Below are positions 59,719-64,000 of a stretch of DNA of 64,000 nt, one piece after another (position 1 is the first letter of the stretch; each line of letters begins with the position of its first letter). The notes below the pieces were generated by a model. It was not told the origin of the DNA. It searched no databases and saw only the letters and a program-made list of their open reading frames with translations. Location of the stretch: the IMG/VR virus record IMGVR_UViG_3300014204_000107, positions 235,352 to 299,351 of that record; one strand, given 5' to 3'. The stretch is from a virus (Duplodnaviria; Heunggongvirae; Uroviricota; Caudoviricetes). The position numbers and the translations under genes are program-made.

Positions 59719-59907
59719 ATGGTACGGGAACGCGCAAAACGGTTCGATAATGACGATTGGGAATTAATTACATCGTTTAGATTTAACAATCTATATGACA
59801 GAGAAAAATTATTAATTTTAAGGCTTGCATATGAACAATGCACTTTAGAAGAGTTACAAACAAAATTTAAAACAATTATAGGAAAGGAATATCAGTATGT
59901 TAAGTAA
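59719..59907 (+). CDS. Hypothetical protein between groES and groEL
   Basis: ORF track. Confidence 0.5.
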   Translation: MVRERAKRFDNDDWELITSFRFNNLYDREKLLILRLAYEQCTLEELQTKFKTIIGKEYQYVK

Positions 59908-61594
59908 ACAAATTGAATACGGGGAAAATGCAAAATATAAACTCATGTCGGGATGCAATAAACTTGCTCTTGCAGTAGGCGCGACGCTGGGGCCCGGCGG
60001 CCGGAACATAATCATTGAGAAAGATAATGGCTTTCCTCAATCAACAAGAGATGGTGTAACAGTTGCAAAATCAATTAAATTAAAAGACCCAATTGAAAAC
60101 TTAGGTGCAACTATTGTAAAAGAAGCAGCCGCACAAACAGCTGAAATTGCTGGTGACGGTACTACAACCTCTACTATTTTAGCGCAAACCATTATTAATA
60201 GTAGTTTTAAAGCTATTTCAAATGGCACTAACCCAATTGAATTAAAACGTGGTATGGATAAAGTAATAAATCTTATTACACATAAGCTTAAAACAATGTC
60301 TAAAGACGTATTAAGCAATAGTGAAATTGAGAATGTAGGAACCATATCAGCAAATAATGATGCAGAAATAGGCAAGTTAATAGCCAGTGCAATGGATAAA
60401 GTGGGGCACGAAGGCATTATTACTATTGAAGAGAATAAAACATCAGATACTAAGCTTGAATTAGTTGATGGTATGCAATTTAAACGTGGATATATATCAC
60501 CATATTTTATTAATAACCAACATGATATGAGTTCTGTATTGGAAGATGCATTAATTCTCATATATGATAAAAGAATAAGTGCAGTAAAAGACATTCTTCC
60601 AATACTCGAAGGTATTGCAAAGATTAATAAATCTTTGTTAATTATAGCAGATGACGTAGAAGGTGAGGCATTAGCTGCGTTGGTAGTAAATAATGTTCGT
60701 GGTATATTAAAAGCAGTTGCAGTAAAAGCACCAGAATTTGGTGAAAGAAAAGTTCATACTTTACAAGATATTGCAACATTAACGGGTGGTGTATTAATAT
60801 CGCCGGATAAAGGCATGAAATTAGAAGATGCCACTATGGAAATGCTTGGGAGAGCAAAAAAGATTATTGTTACAAGCAAAGATACTACCATTATTAATGG
60901 TGGCGGGGACCAAGAATTAATTTTTGAGCGCGTTGCAGCTATTAAAGAACAAATTGATAATGCTGAATCAGACTATGATCGCGAATCGTTACAAGAACGT
61001 TTAGCAAAATTAGTTGGTGGTGTTGCAATATTATCAATTGGTGCTGGAACTGAAATAGAATTAAAAGAAAAAATGGACAGGGTTGATGATGCATTGCATG
61101 CAACGAGGGCTGCAGTAGAAGAAGGTATTATACCTGGCGGTGGTGTTGCATTTATGAAGATAAAAGAATATATTATACGCGGTGACCAATTGCCGAATGA
61201 ATTGCCGTTTGAAGTAACGTACGAAAACGAAGACCAAAAAATTGGAGCACAAATTGTTATAACTGCGTTAGGTGCGCCATTTGCAAAAATTATTACAAAC
61301 TGTGGCAAGAACGCGGATGTAATATGGAACAATATTACTTTGGAAAAGGCCATAGCATCACATTTTACTGGGTATGATGCAAGGAACGATAAAATTGTTG
61401 ATTTGTATAATTCAGGAATTGTAGATCCAACCAAGGTTGCAAGAATTGCAATTGAGAAAGCAGTATCCGTCGCAGGAACATTAATTACGACAGAAGCAGT
61501 AATAACAAATGACCAGGATGAATTAAAAGAATTAACAAAAGCTGCCATGATGGGGCAATATGCCGGTGGCGGTGGTGGTTATGATGGAATGTAA
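59897..61594 (+). CDS. groEL: Chaperonin GroEL
   Basis: TLGP.GRN, DGVTVAK, GDGTTTS, GMQFKRGYISPYF, KAPEFG, ERLAKL.GGVA, GIVDPTKV; Gly/Met-rich tail. Confidence 0.97.
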   Translation: MLSKQIEYGENAKYKLMSGCNKLALAVGATLGPGGRNIIIEKDNGFPQSTRDGVTVAKSIKLKDPIENLGATIVKEAAAQTAEIAGDGTTTSTILAQTIINSSFKAISNGTNPIELKRGMDKVINLITHKLKTMSKDVLSNSEIENVGTISANNDAEIGKLIASAMDKVGHEGIITIEENKTSDTKLELVDGMQFKRGYISPYFINNQHDMSSVLEDALILIYDKRISAVKDILPILEGIAKINKSLLIIADDVEGEALAALVVNNVRGILKAVAVKAPEFGERKVHTLQDIATLTGGVLISPDKGMKLEDATMEMLGRAKKIIVTSKDTTIINGGGDQELIFERVAAIKEQIDNAESDYDRESLQERLAKLVGGVAILSIGAGTEIELKEKMDRVDDALHATRAAVEEGIIPGGGVAFMKIKEYIIRGDQLPNELPFEVTYENEDQKIGAQIVITALGAPFAKIITNCGKNADVIWNNITLEKAIASHFTGYDARNDKIVDLYNSGIVDPTKVARIAIEKAVSVAGTLITTEAVITNDQDELKELTKAAMMGQYAGGGGGYDGM

Positions 61595-61596
61595 AA

Positions 61597-61806
61597 ATGA
61601 AACTTAAAGAATTTAAACAAGTTTTAGCAAGAATGTCGGGGGAGAACGATGAATTAGAAGTTACTATCGTACAATATGATAGTGGTGGTGTAATTCATCG
61701 CCCTCTTGCTGGTTGGGCAATTACAATTGATGGCGAATTTGTAATTGGAGATAAGTTAGCCATGAATTTTATTATTAATGATATAGGGGAAAAATATAAT
61801 GAATAA
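61597..61806 (+). CDS. Hypothetical protein
   Basis: ORF track. Confidence 0.55.
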   Translation: MKLKEFKQVLARMSGENDELEVTIVQYDSGGVIHRPLAGWAITIDGEFVIGDKLAMNFIINDIGEKYNE

Positions 61807-62065
61807 ACCGCAGCAATTAAATTTACAAGTAGATTTATCACAAACAGAACCAATAATTTGTGAAGCTTGCTCAAACCAAACTTTTCAGCAAGTAGTATTA
61901 ATGCGGAGAATATCTGCATTATTATCCCCAACGGGGCAGGAAGCGCTTGTACCAATCCCAGTGTTCGAATGTGCGAGTTGTGGCCATATTAATTCTCAAT
62001 TTTATCCGACAGATTTAAAGCCGGACTCAAATCCAAAACAAGAAAGTAATATTGTAATGCCATAA
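61799..62065 (+). CDS. Small Zn-ribbon protein
   Basis: CEAC...CASCGH. Confidence 0.7.
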   Translation: MNKPQQLNLQVDLSQTEPIICEACSNQTFQQVVLMRRISALLSPTGQEALVPIPVFECASCGHINSQFYPTDLKPDSNPKQESNIVMP

Positions 62066-62068
62066 TAC

Positions 62069-62977
62069 ATGCCAGATTACAAACAGTTATCAGAAGAAGC
62101 AGTAAAGCAGGGTAAAAAGACTATATCATATTCACAGATTTCATTATATAATAGTTGCCCGTACCAATGGAAGGTTAAATATATAGATGGTTTAAAAGAC
62201 CCGCCTAATATTCATACCGTATTTGGATCGGCAATACATGAAGCAATTCAAGAATATTTAAAGGTTTGTTTCACTATATCTGCAAAAAAGGCAGATGAAA
62301 TAGATTTCGAAACATATTTTCTCAAAGTCTTTAAAGATACTTTTATTAAAGAAGCAGAAAATCACCCGCTCGGAATGCAAATGAGCAATAAAAAAGAGTT
62401 TAATGAATTCTACGAAGACGGGTTGGAAATATTAAACTATTTAAGAAAACGAAGAACTCTTTATTTTAGCAGCAGGGATACCAAATTACTTGCTATAGAA
62501 AAGCCATTATTATATCCTATAGAAGGCAATGACAATTTACTATTTATGGGATTTATTGATATGGTAGTGCAGGATGACAGCGACCATAGAATTAAAATAA
62601 TTGATTTTAAAACATCAACCCGCGGTTGGAAAGACGACCAAAAGAAAGACATTAATAAAATAGCGCAATTACTTTTGTATAAAAAATATTATGCAAAACA
62701 ATACTTTGTTAGCTATGACCATATAGATACTGAATTTTTAATATTAAAGCGTAAACTATTAGACTATTCACCGTATCCGCAAAAAAGATTTCAAGTAATA
62801 AATCCAGCAAGCGGTACACGAAAAATTAAAGAAGTTGATACTTTAGTTACTAATTTTTTAGAATCATTTGGTGCAGATGGCTTGCCAAAACCTGGGTTTA
62901 AATACATGAAAAATCCAGGTGACGCATGTAAATATTGTCCATTTAATAAACCAGATTTGTGTGATAAGCGCAACTAA
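62069..62977 (+). CDS. PD-(D/E)XK nuclease, Cas4/RecB-like
   Basis: SYSQ...CP, GSAIHE, E...GFID...IIDFKT, QL.LY, C-terminal CKYCPF....C. Confidence 0.88.
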   Translation: MPDYKQLSEEAVKQGKKTISYSQISLYNSCPYQWKVKYIDGLKDPPNIHTVFGSAIHEAIQEYLKVCFTISAKKADEIDFETYFLKVFKDTFIKEAENHPLGMQMSNKKEFNEFYEDGLEILNYLRKRRTLYFSSRDTKLLAIEKPLLYPIEGNDNLLFMGFIDMVVQDDSDHRIKIIDFKTSTRGWKDDQKKDINKIAQLLLYKKYYAKQYFVSYDHIDTEFLILKRKLLDYSPYPQKRFQVINPASGTRKIKEVDTLVTNFLESFGADGLPKPGFKYMKNPGDACKYCPFNKPDLCDKRN

Positions 62978-62979
62978 CT

Positions 62980-63408
62980 ATGGAGCCAGAAGTTTTAAAA
63001 GTAGCTATGACTGGAAGTGTCTATTATGAAAACAAAACTACAATTAAAAATTATATTTTTGCTATTCGTGAAAGATGCAAGAAAGAAAATAAAGAGTTAA
63101 TTATTTTTAGTGCAGGCAAAAATATGGGTGCAGACAAGTATGTTAAAAAGTTTGCATTAGAATTAGAAGTTGATTATGCTGAATTTAATCCAGCATATAC
63201 TGAAATGAATCTATATTCATTTTACAGGGGCAATAACTATTATTTGAAGAAAAAAGCATTATTTCTTGATTTCTTAAGAAATAAACTTATGGCACAAAAA
63301 GCAGATAGTATTATAATATTTCTAAAAACTGCCGATAAATCAATCGAGATGTCACAGTTTATAAAAGATTTAAAAAAAATCAATAAAACTCCAATAATTG
63401 TCAATTAA
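62980..63408 (+). CDS. SLOG/YspA-like protein
   Basis: VAMTGS, SAG...GADKY...FA, RN..MA..AD. Confidence 0.7.
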   Translation: MEPEVLKVAMTGSVYYENKTTIKNYIFAIRERCKKENKELIIFSAGKNMGADKYVKKFALELEVDYAEFNPAYTEMNLYSFYRGNNYYLKKKALFLDFLRNKLMAQKADSIIIFLKTADKSIEMSQFIKDLKKINKTPIIVN

Positions 63409-63419
63409 AATAAAAATTG

Positions 63420-63448
63420 CCACTATTTATTTACATAATAGTGGTTTT
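63420..63448 (+). terminator. Terminator-like hairpin overlapping a CTATTTAT box
   Basis: CCACTATT/AATAGTGG stem plus TTTT; box at 63423-30. Confidence 0.55.
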
Positions 63449-63468
63449 ACTCATTTAAATAGTTATAC

Positions 63469-64000
63469 ATGAAAAAATACGAAGTTGGGGATATCAAAAA
63501 TGGATTTCCTGTTTTACCGATTACCAAACGCAAAAAATTATTATGGTTAAGTGACGATGCCAGAACTCATTCAGGAGTTGGCACAGTATCTCGTGAAGTT
63601 ATTTGGGGCATATTACACCAATATAATATTGTACAAGTAGGTGGTGCAGCAAACCACCCAGAAGCTGGTAAAATAGCAGATATGTCTGAAATATTGCGGT
63701 CTGAAGTTGGATTAGAAGATATTTATTTTAGGATATACGCTACAAATGGATATGGTGACCAGGACTTAATTCGCCATTTAATTAAAGAAGAAGAGCCCGA
63801 TGCAATTTTGCATTTTACTGATCCGCGTTTTTGGGTATGGTTATATCAAATGGAGCATGAAATAAGGCAAAAAATGTCAATTATTTATTATAATATTTGG
63901 GATGATCTTCCCCTGCCCCATTACAATAAGAATTTTTATAAATCATGCGATATGCTACTTGGCATTTCAAAGCAAACTTATAATATTAATAGAACAGTTC
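63469..64000 (+). CDS. GT4-like glycosyltransferase, 3'-truncated by the window edge
   Basis: KKLLWLSDD...SGVG.VSRE, EEPDAILHFTDPRFW, YYNIWD, ISKQT; open to the window end. Confidence 0.8.
   Translation, partial: MKKYEVGDIKNGFPVLPITKRKKLLWLSDDARTHSGVGTVSREVIWGILHQYNIVQVGGAANHPEAGKIADMSEILRSEVGLEDIYFRIYATNGYGDQDLIRHLIKEEEPDAILHFTDPRFWVWLYQMEHEIRQKMSIIYYNIWDDLPLPHYNKNFYKSCDMLLGISKQTYNINRTV

Noticed and set aside
61597-61806. MKLKEFKQVLARM as another leader copy
   Set aside because: It lacks the I(K/R)E core and a following LxE site; the resemblance is too weak.
283-62973. All other minus-strand ORFs in the track (e.g. 1625..2158, 33483..34145, 60037..60594, 60973..61548)
   Set aside because: They overlap well-supported + strand genes and have no recognisable domains.
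1-64000. CRISPR array, tRNA or rRNA genes
   Set aside because: No regularly spaced repeats or cloverleaf/T-loop signatures were seen in the short intergenic gaps. The Cas4-like gene is a stand-alone phage nuclease. A tRNAscan/Infernal run would be needed to exclude these formally.
1-64000. Stop-codon reassignment
   Set aside because: Genes are full length and densely packed under the standard code, and TAA, TAG and TGA all occur at plausible gene ends.

Overview
AT-rich 64-kb segment of a large T4-like (contractile-tailed) dsDNA phage genome; every credible gene is on the + strand. 1-24.7 kb is a tail/baseplate module: gp15-like protein, sheath, tube, tail assembly chaperone with a probable +1 frameshift, 1858-aa tape measure protein, and baseplate proteins including a hub with an M15 peptidase. 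It is interspersed with homing-endonuclease-like genes and small accessory genes. 24.7-64 kb is a replication/nucleotide-metabolism module: divergent family-A polymerase, gp32 SSB, UvsX/RecA, RNase H-like nuclease, helicase, class II RNR, family-B polymerase, clamp and clamp loader, dUTPase, GroES/GroEL, ClpP-like protease, amidase and a Cas4-like nuclease. It carries three inteins. A 7-deazaguanine DNA-modification pathway (FolE, QueD, QueE, a DpdL-like protein, a TGT/DpdA-like transglycosylase and a linked glycosyltransferase; no QueC in the window) is interleaved with it. Two candidate novel systems stand out. (1) About nine unrelated proteins share an N-terminal 'ELKQLIKEEI...(L/I)xE' leader, which looks like a modular capsid-targeting/prohead-protease signal fused to diverse enzymes (nucleotidyltransferase, SET + kinase, others). 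(2) A DpdL + glycosyltransferase cassette may make an undescribed glycosylated deazaguanine. Other notable points are an Asp-terminated RNR mini-intein, promoter boxes nested inside terminator hairpins, a structured SSB 5' leader and a candidate structured RNA after queE. All assignments come from motif recognition by eye; no database searches were run.
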